From the human T2T-CHM13v2.0 reference genome, Homo sapiens: DNA of 64,000 nt. Positions 1 through 14,426 of this stretch are shown here, one piece after another (the stretch's first letter is position 1; each line of letters begins with the position of its first letter). The DNA is taken from assembly GCF_009914755.1 (NCBI RefSeq), contig NC_060942.1. One strand, 5' to 3'. The notes under the pieces are model-generated. The model saw only the letters and a list, made by a program, of their open reading frames with translations. It did no database searches and was not told the origin of the DNA. A program made the position numbers and the translations under genes.

Positions 1-40
1 ACCAATTAAGTCATTCTTTGCGGGGGTGGAGCCTGGGCGT

Positions 41-82
<42 letters not shown>

Positions 83-146
83 GTCTCAGGTGATTTGAAT
101 GCCTACTAGAATTCCCACCAGAGCTGAGAATCACAGCCCTAGCTAA

Positions 147-318
147 CCGGTCTGCAAAGTTTTTCCCTAAAGGGCCTGATAGGGTCTCTCTTACAGCTAC
201 TCCACCCTGCCATTTTGTGCGAGAGCAGCCCTGACAATATGTAAACGAATGAGCAAGGCCATATTAAAAATAAACTTTTCTTAAAAGACAAGCAGGGTTA
301 TAGTTGGCCAACCCCTAC
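147..318. mobile_element. MER58A-like hAT-Charlie element
   Basis: cagctactccaccctgccattttgtgcgagagcagcc...acaatatgtaaacgaatgagc...gccaacccct. Confidence 0.7.
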
Positions 319-608
319 TCTAGATGATGGGACGCCATTAAGAATTTAAGAAGTATATTGATTCAAAATTTTTTACAGATTATTACATGAATAATACATG
401 AATTTGTTCACACTGTAAATGAATCTAAATAATGCAGACAAAGTTCAAGGCCTTTTTATTCCCTCATTCAAATACCAATCCCTTTCCTAGATGATAAGTG
501 TTATCAATGAGGTATAAATTTTTCTAGAATTTTCTCCTTCCTCTTTTTGGTATGTACTAGAAAGACATAATTTTGTTTTGTAAGTTTAAAAAATATATTT
601 ATTGTTTT

Positions 609-878
609 TGCCAGGCACGGTGGCCTGTAATCCGGCACTTTGGGAGGCCAAGGTGGGAGGATCACTTGAGTCCGGGAGTTCGAGATCAGCCTGGGCAACA
701 TAATATATAGACCCTGTCTATACAAAAATTAAAAAACAAAATTAGCTGGGTATAGTGGTGTGTGCCTGTAGTCGTAGCGACTCAGGAGGCTGAGGTGGAA
801 GGATCGCTTAAGCCTGGGAGGTCAAGGCTGTAGTGAGCTGAGATCATACCACTGCACTCTAGCCTGGGTGACAGAGTA
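609..878 (+). mobile_element. Alu (AluJ-like)
   Basis: Dimeric Alu; tail replaced by a microsatellite. Confidence 0.9.
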
Positions 879-882
879 ATGT

Positions 883-883
<1 letters not shown>

Positions 884-915
<32 letters not shown>

Positions 916-1037
916 GTGTGTGTGTATATATATGTATATATATGTGTGTATATGTGTATATATGTGTGTATATATGTACACATATATGTATATATACATA
1001 TATACACACATATATATACACACACATATATATATGT
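884..1037. repeat. Compound (TC)n-(TA/TG)n-(TA/CA)n microsatellite
   Basis: Alternating purine-pyrimidine run seen directly. Confidence 0.95.
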
Positions 1038-1538
1038 AGGACACAGTCTGTGTCCAATTCTTTTTGCCATTACAAGAATTACTGCCACAAGCATCTTGCA
1101 ATGTGTGCTCATGTGTGTATCCCTGGGGCAGATTCTGAGATGTTGACTTGCTGGGTCACTGTGCCTAGCAGTTAGAAAGGAGTCTTTGGTTAAACCCCAG
1201 ACACTGACTCTGGCAAACTTCAACATAAAAGAAAGCTATTGGCGGAGTATGGGGCAGCTCAGAGGAGGGAGGGAAAGGCCAAAGACCTGCTTCCTGGCAG
1301 ATGAGTGGAGCCCAAGCTTGGCTTTGGGCCCTGTCTAACTTCACTAAAGTCCTGGCAGAGGGTTGACCTTGTGTCACAGTGATGAGAAGTAAGGCTGGGT
1401 GTGGCTTCCAGGGATCCCTTTGGGCTCTGTAATGAGAGGACAGAGCACCTTGATTTTTTGGTCAAGATTGTGCACAGTTGGGGAGTGGTATTCTCTAAAA
1501 GAAAATCTAGTTGCTTACTAAGAAGAGAATGGCTTCTA

Positions 1539-1712
<174 letters not shown>

Positions 1713-1724
1713 TCATATTCTTAC

Positions 1725-2122
1725 TGTCTTAGTTCATTTTCTGCTGCTATAACAGAATATGATAGACTGGGTAATTTATAAAGAAAAGAGATTTATTTTC
1801 TCACAGTTCTAGAGGCTGGGAAGTAGACTTCCCAGCATGGTGTTGGCATGGTGTTGGCATCTGGTAAGGGACTTTGTGCCGTGTTATCCCGCAGTGGAAG
1901 GTGGAAGGGTAAATGAGAGAGAAAGCATAAGGAACTAGGCTAGCTTTTATAATAACCCACTCTCTACACAAGTGACCCGGTCCTGCAATAATGACATTAG
2001 TCCATTATTAGGTCTCTTATTAGGCCTAATGAGCTCTTATTAGACCTCACCCTCCAATACTGGTACACTGGGGACTCAGTTTCCAACACATGAATTTTGG
2101 GGGAGACAGTCAAACCATGACA
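1725..2122 (-). mobile_element. MaLR LTR (MST/MLT1A-like)
   Basis: tgtcttagttcattttctgctgctataacagaata...caaaccatgaca termini. Confidence 0.75.
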
Positions 2123-2330
2123 CTCACCAACACTTAATTGGATTAACTTTAAAAATTTTAACCAATACAGTAGGTAGAAAAGAGTGGTATCTAATTGTCG
2201 TTCACTGGCAAGGCTGAACAGCTTTCTCATATTTATTAATCAGTTGGATTTCCTTCTCCAAGGGTTTCCTGTTCATATCTTTTGTGGATTTTAAATTAGT
2301 TTCTTTGACTTTTTAAAAATGTTTGCTTTG

Positions 2331-2711
<381 letters not shown>

Positions 2712-3112
2712 TTAACTACGTTCTTGGTGCCTTGAAGAGTTTAAAGGAGGGGAGGGACATGGTCAGTCTTGTGATTCAGCTCAGTCTAGAAGATCACTGA
2801 TGGCTATAAACGGCCAAGTTGGACACCAGCTCTAAAGTTCTGAGTGTGGTGAGAAACAAGGAGACTCAAACTCATTGGAAGAAAAATGGGAGGGTCGGTA
2901 ATTCTCATTCCAGCAAAAACCTGGAATAATGAAAACCTATGGAAAAGAGGTCACTGATAACCAGCACCCACTGGCTGAGCCCAAGAGGTCTGATGCAGTG
3001 GAACTGGCCAAAGAAGAGGCGAGGGCTCCTGTCAAAAGCCAGTTAACCCGGTGAACTCAGCAAGTACCGTTTGTCAAGTTAGGACCAGGAGGTTTTCAAA
3101 ATGACATATTCC

Positions 3113-3417
<305 letters not shown>

Positions 3418-4135
3418 TAGTTCCTTTTTTTTTTTTTTTTTTTTAAAGCACACATGTAAGCAAAATGCAGTTCCTTCAACCTGATTTCCAGACTAAATCT
3501 CAGAAATCCAATTGCAGTAGTTAAGACAGAAATGCTGGAGGAGCTGGGTCATTTCACAAGCTCTATTGGGGTTTTCTCCTCACTCCTTCTAAGGATTACC
3601 ATTATCTTTAGTTATGTCTAAGAATCTATATTCCAAACTGACAAGTAAAAACTGGGTCCTTGTGTCTATTTTAAAGAGTAAGAGGTTATGAATTCAGCTT
3701 AAACTGGGTTTGAATACACAGCTCTAATTCTTGCTAGCAAGTAAAAGGAGGTAGGTTTATGTTGTTGTGTATATTACTTATCATTTCTGAGCCTCAGTTT
3801 TCTCACTTCTACTACCCTTTACTGGTAATGTGACCTTGAGTGAATGACGTGACCTCCCTGTGCCTCAGTTTCCGTATCTGTAAAATGGGGACTATAATGA
3901 TTACTTAGCTCATAACATTACACAGTTGTGTGAGGGTTAAATGAGACAATGGACAGAAAGCAACTCAAAACATGCCTGGCACACACTAGGGCCTACGTGT
4001 TAGTTGTTATTGTTACTGATGTCAAAACTGGGAGAAGCCTTTAGGGTCCTGAAGGCAGTCACCCGGTATGTATGGTGTGTGTGTGTCTGTGTGTCTGTGT
4101 GTGCATTTGTATGTGTGCAAGTGGTACTGCCTACA

Positions 4136-4315
4136 CAGTGGTCCTCAAAGTGGTTCCTAATCAGCAGCATCTGTATCACATGAGAATTTGATAAAACACA
4201 AGCTCAGGCACATGTTATACCTACTGAATCAGAAACTCTGGTTGTGGGGCCCAGCATTCTGTGTTTTACCAAGCCTGCAGGGACACTGAAGCATGCTAGC
4301 CTGTGAAAACCGCAG
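4136..4315. mobile_element. MER5A-like element
   Basis: cagtggtcctcaaagtg...cctactgaatcagaaactctgg...ctgtgttttaccaagcc. Confidence 0.7.
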
Positions 4316-5522
4316 GCCACCATTGCCCCTGAGAAAGAAATCCACAGTAGCAGCCAGGGTAGCCTCTGTCTGAAGCATTCGCGGCAGGGCAGGGCTCTGA
4401 TCCCACCCTCCTGCCCCTTCTCCCGCCTCCCTGGGGTTAGGGGCTGACCAATATTCCTGGTCATTCACTCATTCACCCTTCTGCCCTCTGCCTTCTGCCC
4501 TCTTTCTTCCCTAAGAAGCTGGGGGATCACAGTCACAGGAGATTATGTCTTCTCAGTGCTGCTTCTTTCAAATAATTTGAGGGAAAATTCCAGACTGAGA
4601 GAGTTGCTTGGTAGGGCTGGAATTGCGGCTGATTCTGTGTGCCAGGGTTTTCTGCCCTGAGGGTCATGCTGTCTTCTCTACACTCTTTAAATTTCTGAGG
4701 TGGCACACACTCTGGGGGTTGGGCTGTCACATGTTCTTGAACACATACACTTCACCAGACAGAGTGTAAGAATGCACAAGCAAAAACCTCCAAATCCTTG
4801 AGGAGCAGGCACATAAAAGAGGGACATTGAATTGAATAAACATATGTACTATGGGAAGCTGAATGATTGGAACAGGTGGGTCATCAGGAATTTTAAAAAG
4901 CACAATAAATATAATCAGAGATAAGGGAGAATATGACTGATACAAAGCACGAAAACACAATCAGGAAAAGTCAAGAGGAACAGTTGAAATCAAAACAAAA
5001 TTGATGGGATAGATAGTAAGATGGACAGAGGCCAAGAAAAATTAGTGAGCTGGAAGATCAGTTTGAAGATCTCTCAAAGCAGTGCAGAAAAGGATAAAGA
5101 GACATGAAGGTAAAAGAAAAACCAAAGAATATTGAGGCTAAAGGTGCCAACAGTTGGATAATAGAAACCAAAAGGAGAAATGTAACAAAGCAAACGGAAG
5201 GAAGGCAATATTTGAACGCATAATGACAATACTTTCTCTGGAATTAAAGGAAGATTAAAAATATCAGATTGAAAGGGTTTACAGGATGCTAAAACAAATA
5301 AAGAAAATTTACACTTGAGTACATGTCAGTAGAGATAAAATTAAGAATATTAAAAGCAATGAGGAAATCCTAAAAATTTCTGGAGAGAACAGCAATCAGA
5401 TTGACATCAGACTTCAAAATGACAGAAGAAAAGCTGAAAGAGAAACCTTCTCTGTATGGAAACTAAATATTATATTACCAGCTAACTCTTTGTAAAAAAA
5501 AAAGAAAGTGTACTGGAAAGTT

Positions 5523-5523
<1 letters not shown>

Positions 5524-5568
<45 letters not shown>
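5524..5568. repeat. (CA)n microsatellite, about 22 units
   Basis: Seen directly. Confidence 0.97.
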
Positions 5569-5573
<5 letters not shown>

Positions 5574-5776
5574 CTTAGAGCTGAATGATAATGAAAACAC
5601 CAGAGGTCAAAATTTAGATACAGATATAGCAGTACTTAGAGGGAAATTCCTAGCTCTCAATACATGTTATAAGGACACAAGGAAGGTTGAAAACATGAGC
5701 TAAGCAATCAACTCCATAAATTTATAAAAGATAGATCAATCTCAAAGAAACAATAAGGACATAATAAAAATAAGGT

Positions 5777-6055
<279 letters not shown>

Positions 6056-6580
6056 TTAGCAAAACCAAAAGCTGATTGTTAGAGTCCTCAAGCAATAGTG
6101 AAGGAGGACAAGTGAGAAAAGATAGAAATAAAAACTGAAGAATGAAAAAGGAGTAAATATAGATACAACAAAGAATAAAAAATTATAAATGAATATTTGG
6201 AAAGCAAGACAAAACAAATAAATTAAAAATTTTTTGAATGATTCAAAAAGAAATAGAAAAATGGAAAACTATTAAGCATTTAAAAAATGGAAATTAAGAC
6301 CTTTCTTCTCACTGAATTATAGACTATGATGGTTGAAACAGTTCCATTCTACCCAACTTCTTACAATATACAATCTCAGTTGTTCCAGCAAACTTCAAAA
6401 GTGTGAAAGTTGTCCATCTCACTTTACTTTTTTAAACCTTTTTATTTTAAATAATTATAGCTTCACAGGAAGTTGCAAGACTAGTTCAGCAATGTATCAG
6501 TTGTACCCATGGGATTTTAATTTATGGAAGTGACTTAGCATCTCCATTGAAAGGACAATGCCATTGAAAGATGATTTTTA

Positions 6581-6874
6581 GGCTGGGCATGGTGGCTCAC
6601 GCTTGTAATCTCAGCACTTTGGGAGGCCCAGGCGGGAGGATCATGAGGTCAGGAGTTCAAGGCCAGCCCAGCCAACATGGTGAAACCCCATCTCTGCTAA
6701 AAATACAGAAAAATTAGCTGGGCGTGGTGGTGGGTGCCTGTAATCCCAGCTACTCGGGTGGCTGAAGCACAGACTTGCTTGAACCTGGGAGGCAGAGGTT
6801 ACAGTGAGCTGAGATCGCACCGCTGCACTCCAGCCTGGGTGACAGAGTGAGACTCCGTCTCCAAAAAAAAAAAA
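6581..6874 (+). mobile_element. Alu (AluS-like)
   Basis: Full dimer; TSD aaagatga(t/c)tttt. Confidence 0.92.
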
Positions 6875-7484
6875 AGATGACTTTTGGTACTTGCATTTCC
6901 TGGAAGGAGGGGCCTGCCATGCCACACAGAGCCACCTGGGGAAGCATATGGTTGGCCAGGAGGCAGGAGGGTGAAGGAGAAGCATAGGTCACTGCCTTTG
7001 TCAGGGTTTCTGCAGGGAAGCCAGGCAGAGCAGGGTGAACAGTGCAGGACTGCCTGGTTTGAATACCGTAGGTGGCCTCTGGGTAACATGGGTGATCTCA
7101 GATTGTCTGGCACCTGGCCCTGGGGTGCTTTAGGGCAGAGGAACATTGACTTGGTGTGTGAGAGTTTGATAAAGGCGATAGCTGGGGTCATGGGCTCTGG
7201 ATTGATTCATTTGCATGTTAATGGTATGCTCCTAGGATAAGCCTTTGCTCCTTCTAAGAATTGGGTAGCCATGGGAGGGGCAGTCTCTTCTCAGTCAGCA
7301 AGGCCACAGATATCAGAGCTTGACAAATACAGAAAATAAGAAAATGTAGTTAACACAATTGAGTGATGAATGAGTGAATGCCAAATAGACAAATACAAAA
7401 TCTATGAAAACACAGATCAAGAAGGGTTTCACATATCTTTCATACAGTTTTCCCCAATTGTGACAAACATAATTACAGCATATT

Positions 7485-7779
7485 TTTATTTATATATTTA
7501 TTTTTTTAGACAGGGTCTCGCTCTGTCACCCAGGCTGGAGTGCAGTGGTGAACTCTCAGCTCATTGCAACCTCTGCCTCCTGGGCTCAAACAATCCTCCT
7601 ACCTCAGCCTCCTGAGTATCTGGGACTATAGGCATGTACCACCATGCTTGGCTAATTTTTTTTTTTGTATTGTAGAGACAGGGTTTCACCATGTTGCCCC
7701 AGCTGGTCTCGAACTTGAGCGATCCACCTGTCTTGCCTTCCCAAAGTGGAATTACAGGTGTGAGCCACCTCGCCTGACC
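7485..7779 (-). mobile_element. Alu
   Basis: Reverse Alu dimer. Confidence 0.88.
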
Positions 7780-8606
7780 TATAGTACAATATTTTTTAAA
7801 AAATGAAATTGACGTTGATGTAATCTGTGGATATAGTTCTATGTCATGGCATGTGTAGATTTACGTAAGCCACACTCCAACCAAGATTCAGAACAATTTC
7901 ATCACTAGAATGTTCTCCTTTGTGTTACACATTTACAGCCATATATAACCCATTTCCCTCAACATCAGTAACCCTAGTAACCAATAATCATTACAGCTGT
8001 TCCTGAAAGCAAAAAAGTGTGAAAGCTGCCCAACTCACTTTGTAAATTTGATTATAACTTTAATTCCAAAACTAGAAGAGGAAGAAAGAAGTGGTACAAG
8101 GATTACAGAGGGAGAAATAAAACTGCAGAACTAATAAGAAAGTTCAGCAAATTCACCAAATATCAGAACAAATTATAAAAATCAATAGCATATTTCTATG
8201 TCAGCAACAATCAATTAGAAAATATAAATTGAAAATAAAATACCACAGAAAATAGCCAACTCTACTCTATTTAGGAGTTGTTTTATCTAATCTGTTTTAA
8301 ATTTACCAAGAAAAAAAAGTAAAATTATAAGGATACAAAAAGATTTGCATAAATAGCATGGTCTCCAATGATGGCTTGGTATAAAAATAATGTCAATTCT
8401 TCCTCAACATTAATGTATAAATTCAAAGTAATTTTAAGTCAATAGTCTAGTTGGATGTTTTGATGAACTCAGCAAACATTTTTCTGAAACTTGTATACAT
8501 GATTAATTGTCCACAACTAACTAGATCCACTTTGAAAAAAAACAAAAAAAAACTAAAGGCAGAATACCTGATATACTACAAATCCATAATAATAAAAACC
8601 ATATAG

Positions 8607-10273
8607 TTTTGTTTGTTTATGCTTATTTATGTCTTTTTTCCTTCATTTAAAAAATTCATTTCCTTTCATCTTTCTTCATCTCTTCCTTTCCCTTTCTCAA
8701 ATTCCCCTTGTTCCATATGTGTGCTGTGTATCCTCTCATTTGTAGGTGTTCTTGTTTTGTGTATGTGTATTTGCCATATGTATGAATGGTTTTATGCTTC
8801 CACCCTCCTTCTGTTTTTATATATGTCATGCAGTGCTATATTTTTACAATTTTATGTGTATCTAGTCCAGTGCTAGAATCAGGGCTGGCTCCAGGGCATG
8901 CAATTCCTGCAGTCACACAGGGATCTACTCTTAAAAGAGCCTCATACTTGGCTGAAGTGTGATTTGCTGTCATCATCTTCAAATTCTTAACCATTTTTAA
9001 ACAAGGGGCCCTGCAATGTCATTTTGCGTTGGCCCTACATGCTCTGTAGTCAGTGTCATCTCAGATAAACAAAATAAACCAGAGAGCTCAGAGGCAGATC
9101 CATGTATATATGAGACCTGGATATAAGAAGAAACTTGCTCCATGAATCCATGATGAAAGGGAAAACTATTTAGAGGTGGTTTTGGGATAACTGGTCCACC
9201 TTTTGGAGGGAAAAAAAAATGCACCATGATTCAGATGGATTAAAGACTTAAATACAAAAGGTAGAACTATAAAGATGGTAGGAGGTAATATTAGAAAATC
9301 CTTTTGTGACCTATGAATGGGGAAGAATTTCTTAGGAAAACACCAAAAACACAATCGATAAGCAAAATATTTGTGGATTTCATGATACCAAAAGTATGGG
9401 TTTCTGTTCATTGAAAGACACCATGGAAAAGCCAACTGACAGATAACTGCCAGAGTGTCTACTTTCAATGACTCAGACAGACAGAATCAAGGTATAGAAT
9501 AATAAGCAGCTCTGGCAAACCAGAAAGAAAAAAGTCTATTAAAAATTAGCAAAGGACACATGGATTCAGAAGAGAACATTTAAATGGCTGACTAATCAAT
9601 AAAAATACCCTGGCTCATTTGTAATTAGATAAATGAAAATTAAGCCAGTAATTAAATATCATTTTATATCCATTAATTGCCAAAAATTAAAAAGCTAAAC
9701 AGTACAAAGCAAAAAAGAAAAAAAAAAAAAAAAGAGCCAGCATCCCTGGGGAATATAGATTGAAGGAGTCCCTCTAGTGAGTAATCTGGCTGGATTAACA
9801 CAGACTAAGTATTTGTATGCCTTATCATTCAGCAATTCCACTCACAGGTAGAATCTGAGCTCCATCTTCATGTTGCTCTATAAAGGGACACATATAAGGA
9901 TGATCACTGTGTGTTTCTGTGGGCTGGAGTCATCTATCCATCCATCATCTGGGGAGTAGTTAAGTCAAAGGTGGTGATGGATTATTATACAGAAGTTAGT
10001 GGCCCTGGACTAGATAACACATAAAATTGTAAAAATGTAGCACTGTGTGACATATATAGAAACAGAGGGAGAGTGGAAACACAAAACCATTCATACATAT
10101 GGCAAATACACATACACAAAACAAGAGCACCTACAAATGAGAGGATACACAGCACACATATATGGAGTGAGGGGAATTTGAGAAAGGGAAAGGAAGGGAT
10201 GAAGAAAGATGAAAGGAAATGATTTTTTTAAAATGAAGGAATAAAGGCCATAAATAAGCATAAACAAACAAAA
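8607..10273. repeat. Inverted duplication: 8607-8870 is the reverse complement of 10005-10273
   Basis: Manual alignment of ~265 bp shows roughly 20 differences; spacer about 1.13 kb. Confidence 0.9.
8880..9055 (+). mobile_element. MER91A-like hAT-Tip100 MITE
   Basis: cagggctggctccagggc...ttcaaattcttaaccatttttaaacaaggggccctgcaatgtcattttgc matches my recollection of MER91A. Confidence 0.65.
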
Positions 10274-10783
10274 AAGACTCTGCAGGACCAGGGCTGAAAA
10301 TGCCATGAACTGTGGAACTTGATCACTCTAATCTTCCGCTCCTAAGGTTAAATGAAAAAAGAAAAAAATTAACTCTCTCTAAAGTAAGGTCTCACAGAAC
10401 TGGATAAAATTTTTTAAAAACATGAGTATTTTCTCCTGGGTATATGTGGTGGAGAAAGAAAAGCTATCAAATTTTAGTTATACCTTTTCACTCCCCAGAA
10501 AGCGTTTGTTTTTTAAAAGAAATCAAACTCTTCATCTTTTTCAGCACTGTTGGTAGACAATGTAATAGCACGAAAATTCACATCATTGTTCTCCCAGCAT
10601 GATGAGAGGGGCTATGTATGCAAAACATAGGCTCAAAGAGTAGCATCTGACTAGATCTGTTTCTCTTCTTTTTCAGTCACATAAGTTTGATAGATTCAGA
10701 AGGTAGAGCTGAGTACCTATCAATTTATTTAAACGTGACTCCAGAAAAGTAATTCTGCAAACTTATCTTGCCTTGCAATTCAG

Positions 10784-10924
10784 TGTATGACTCTCTGGGG
10801 AAGCTTGGGAGCAACACTTTCAATGGAAACAATGGACAGGCTGGGATCATACATGGAGTGTCTTTCCACCCCTGCTCCCAAGGGGAACTTCCGAGGGTGG
10901 TACTGCAAGCTTCATATACTGCAG
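10784..10924 (+). pseudogene. OACYLP: Exon A (NRF domain), carries +1 frameshift: (M)YDSLGKLGSNTFNGN / MDRLGSYMECLSTPAPKGNFRGWYCKLHILQ
   Basis: Acceptor ttcag at 10779-10783, donor gtgagt at 10925. Length 141 nt where 140 is needed; NRF-like D..GK....GN...LG.Y.EC...G.YC motif is split across two frames. Confidence 0.88.
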
Positions 10925-12492
10925 GTGAGTGTGGGAGACCTGCACGCTTGCTCTTGCAGGACAAGTGAATGTCATGATATAGAACAAAATACAACTCCAT
11001 TGATTCCTTTTCTTAATTAAAAAAAAACTATTATGATGTTTTGCAAAAAATAAAAACTAAGTTTTAAGTACTTGACAGAAACCTGCTCCGCATCTTGAGT
11101 GTGGGACATTAAATGAGACTGTTGTTCACAAACCACATAGGACTTGAGATATTCCTTCTACCACATTGTATGGGGCAAGACCTCTGGACAACTTTCACCG
11201 GGAATCCAAGGTCAAACACTGGTCAGCAGCTTCTATAGCTTCAAATGCTATAGCTCTCTTTTTGAGAGCTATTTTGAGTTTGCTGGTAGCTCTCTTCTGC
11301 CCTTCTCTGCTGGGGTCCAGTAGGGACTCTCCTCTACTTCAGATTTTGAGGTCCTTTACCAAAGGACCGCATCATTACTTGGTATGAGGTGGATTAAGTC
11401 AAGGAGCTTTAAATGCACTCCTGATTCATCAACAGCTTTTAGAATACCAGAGGCAGGGTGGACTTCCCATTACCCTTAACTCTTTTCTCAGAAACAGAGC
11501 TCTGAACATGAATTTGAGGTTATCCTAGCAGATGGGCCAGGACTTTTATGAAAACATTACTAAATCAGTTGACCAAGTTTGCAGGGCTATCTTCAAAGCA
11601 TGTTAATCCTTTTATTGCTCAGGAACAAAGCAAACAAACAAAACAAAAACAAAAACAAAAAACAAAACTAGGAACAGCATAGCCTGTTATTAAATACAAA
11701 GATAGACTTTATGTGTGTCACACAGTACTAAAGGAAAATTACAAGTTGGCTAATAACAACTGTATAAAGTAACAATAAGAAATCCAAGCTCTCTGATATT
11801 AATGCTATAAAATGATCTTAGAATGGTTCGCCGTGGAGACAGGGAGATGACCACCTAGCTCCATTTGTCATGCTGAGGGTTGGGATAGTGATTGCTTGAG
11901 GGGATTAATCAGTGCATACAAATGTCATTTTCAAAGCAGATTAATGGTTTTGATATTGGAGAAAAAGGTCAGGCCTACACAATCCTCTAAATTACGTGTT
12001 TAAAACAATCACCTCAGAATTTTTTATTTATAATTTGATGTTTTCTCTATTGGGATGGCATTCTAGTTATTGGCTTGATTTGTTAATAAAATCTTTATTT
12101 GATACAATGTGTCCTGCCACCAAGAAATGGCAACTTGGAAATTGTATTGAAAATTGCAGGAGATGCAACTCTTAATGAACTCTAATATGGAAGAGACAGG
12201 CAATGGGGCAGATTATCCAAAACTAGTGGTTGCTTTTTAAAGAATCAGCTACATTAAGCCTTGAGGCTTTTTTTTTTTTTTTAATATGCATGTGTCTGAT
12301 GCTCTGGAAATTCACTTGAACTACTCAGTAATGGAAAAGTCATCTTTTAAGAAGTTAGAACACTTTTCTTCTTTCAACATCCTTCTCTCCCACTCCCAAT
12401 CTGATTATTTAGCAGCAAACTTACTTGGGATGATCATGCGTATATGTTATGAATGCCAAAATGAAAGAACATTGTGGCGATGTGTTTCCCAG

Positions 12493-12571
12493 GATGGGGC
12501 TGACTACAGTGTGGGCGTGTGTGTCCCTGATTCTTGTGCTGAAGAGGATGTGACTCTGATGTCTCGGCTGG
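12493..12571 (+). pseudogene. OACYLP: Exon B: [26 protein letters not shown]
   Basis: tttcccag acceptor, gtaggt donor, 79 nt, phase 0 to 1; GxCxPxSC NRF motif. Confidence 0.88.
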
Positions 12572-13298
12572 GTAGGTACAAAAGAATATCCAGTGAAACT
12601 ATCATCTCACAGCATAATGTTGGGAAAACCCCAGCTCTTAGAACCAAGAAAGGTAATTCCTTCAGGATTGAGCCAACCTTTCATCGTGATCAATCTAATA
12701 AACCGAGCCTAATGGAGGTTTGAGGGGTCCAGGGGTAAAGATGGTGGAATAAGTAATGGAGTAGGTAGGAAGGGAGACAATAAGGAAGAGATAGAGTTGA
12801 ATCTTTATGTAATAAAAATATAAAGTTAAACCATCTTTCCTCACCCACAGCTGCCTGGTTAGGCTGAAGAAAGGAGGTGGGTGGTGTTTGGTTTCACTAT
12901 TGTGAGTGTTCTGTGCCCTGGCCCATGTGTGGCAATCTGCCACCTGCCATATCCAGAGGCCATTCTGAACGAGGACTGTGTACTGTCAACATGTTGTAAT
13001 GGATTAGCATTAAGAGCCCAGCATTTGGTCCTGGTTGTCACCTCCCAGCTGTGTGATCCTGGGCCAATTACTTAATCTCCCCAAGTTCAGTCTCTTCCTC
13101 TGTACAGTGAGGGGTGGCTCTGCATGGCTCTCTCTATGGCCTTCTAATCACTTCTCCCTTAGCTATGCAGAAGGAATACATTTTAGTCTCCACAGAAACT
13201 GATTTGACTTCCCCTAAGTCTTTCAAAGTTTTCAAAGCAAGAATTTTAAACCTAGATTTTTGCCACTATTGTATTTTATATTTATTCTGGTCATCCAG

Positions 13299-13380
13299 AG
13301 AAGAACTAACACACACTAAAGTTATACATTATTAGGAGTGAGAAGAACTAACATATAATAAAGTTATACATTATTAAGAG
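13299..13380. repeat. 42-bp tandem duplication
   Basis: agaagaactaac...aaagttatacattatta(g/a)gag at 13299 and 13341. Confidence 0.85.
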
Positions 13381-14426
13381 TTCTCCTTTAAAGTATTGAT
13401 ATTGCAGCTAGTTGTCAAAATCTTAAATGGTCCTTTGCATTTGTGACGATTCCTGTAGCTTTGGGTATATTATCTATCTAGCCAGGTATTTCATGTGCTG
13501 TTTAAAAAAGCAATAAATCATTGCAAATCAAATTCAAATTTCAATTCTTGTTGGATAAGCCGTAAATATCCTAGAAACAAAGATAAATGTGTAGTTATTA
13601 TTAAATTAGCATTTCAAGTGACTAAGTGACTCTGTAAGTCTAATGAGTTAATAGTCCTTATTATTTAAGAGATTTGTCAATTAGCCTAATTTTTCAGACT
13701 AATGCCAAGCTTTCTAGCCAGAGTTGACATTAGAATAAAATAAAATATTAGAAATAATTGCCGTTGATAAAAAGATGTTTTGAGAAAGAAGCATTCAAAG
13801 AGAAACAAGATGGAGATTCTCTTTGAGGAACCAGGAAAAGAAAACGGCCTGGTTGTTGTGAGCTGAGCTGACGTGGGTGGATGGATAAGGGGAATTTAGT
13901 CTTTGCTGCCCAGGCATTTTTCCAGCTCTGGCACAGAGGCAGCAGATAGAAATTAGAGGTCTTTGCCCAGGGTAAAAGGTCCCCATCTGGAAAGGATTTG
14001 TCAGCTATTCCTTAAAGCTGTTTGATGGAGCTGCCAATATTTCCTCTACAGATGTGAGACAACCAGCTCGGCAGTACCAGGTGGAAGCTGTTTGCACGGA
14101 CTGCACTCACCCAGAGGAGGGGAGCAGGGAGGGCTGGTCTCAGATCGGGCGAGAAAAAGTGCCCCAGTACTGCAGAGGGAGAGCAAGATCCTGGCAGGTC
14201 AGGACGTAACTGCTTTTGGCCAAAGGCTAGGGCAAAACGCTGCACAGTTGTTGTCATAGAATGTTATAAAATTTCACCCAACAGACTTTACCAGAGTTCC
14301 TAAGAATAAAAATATGTAACACCAGAATGCTGAGAGCCTGGATGGAACTTGGATGTGGTGATTATGAAACCCAATTATGGGATATTTTCCTAAAAATCCA
14401 GACCCATGCATTTTGGTGTCATTAAT

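Noticed and set aside
782-1226. Several overlapping ORFs rich in Y/I/C/V/H/T
   Set aside because: Translations of the TA/TG/CA microsatellite and the adjacent Alu.
7209-7223. Octamer ATTTGCAT with Sox-Oct-like flank
   Set aside because: Single motif in an old LTR-like segment with a poor Sox half; expected by chance in 64 kb.
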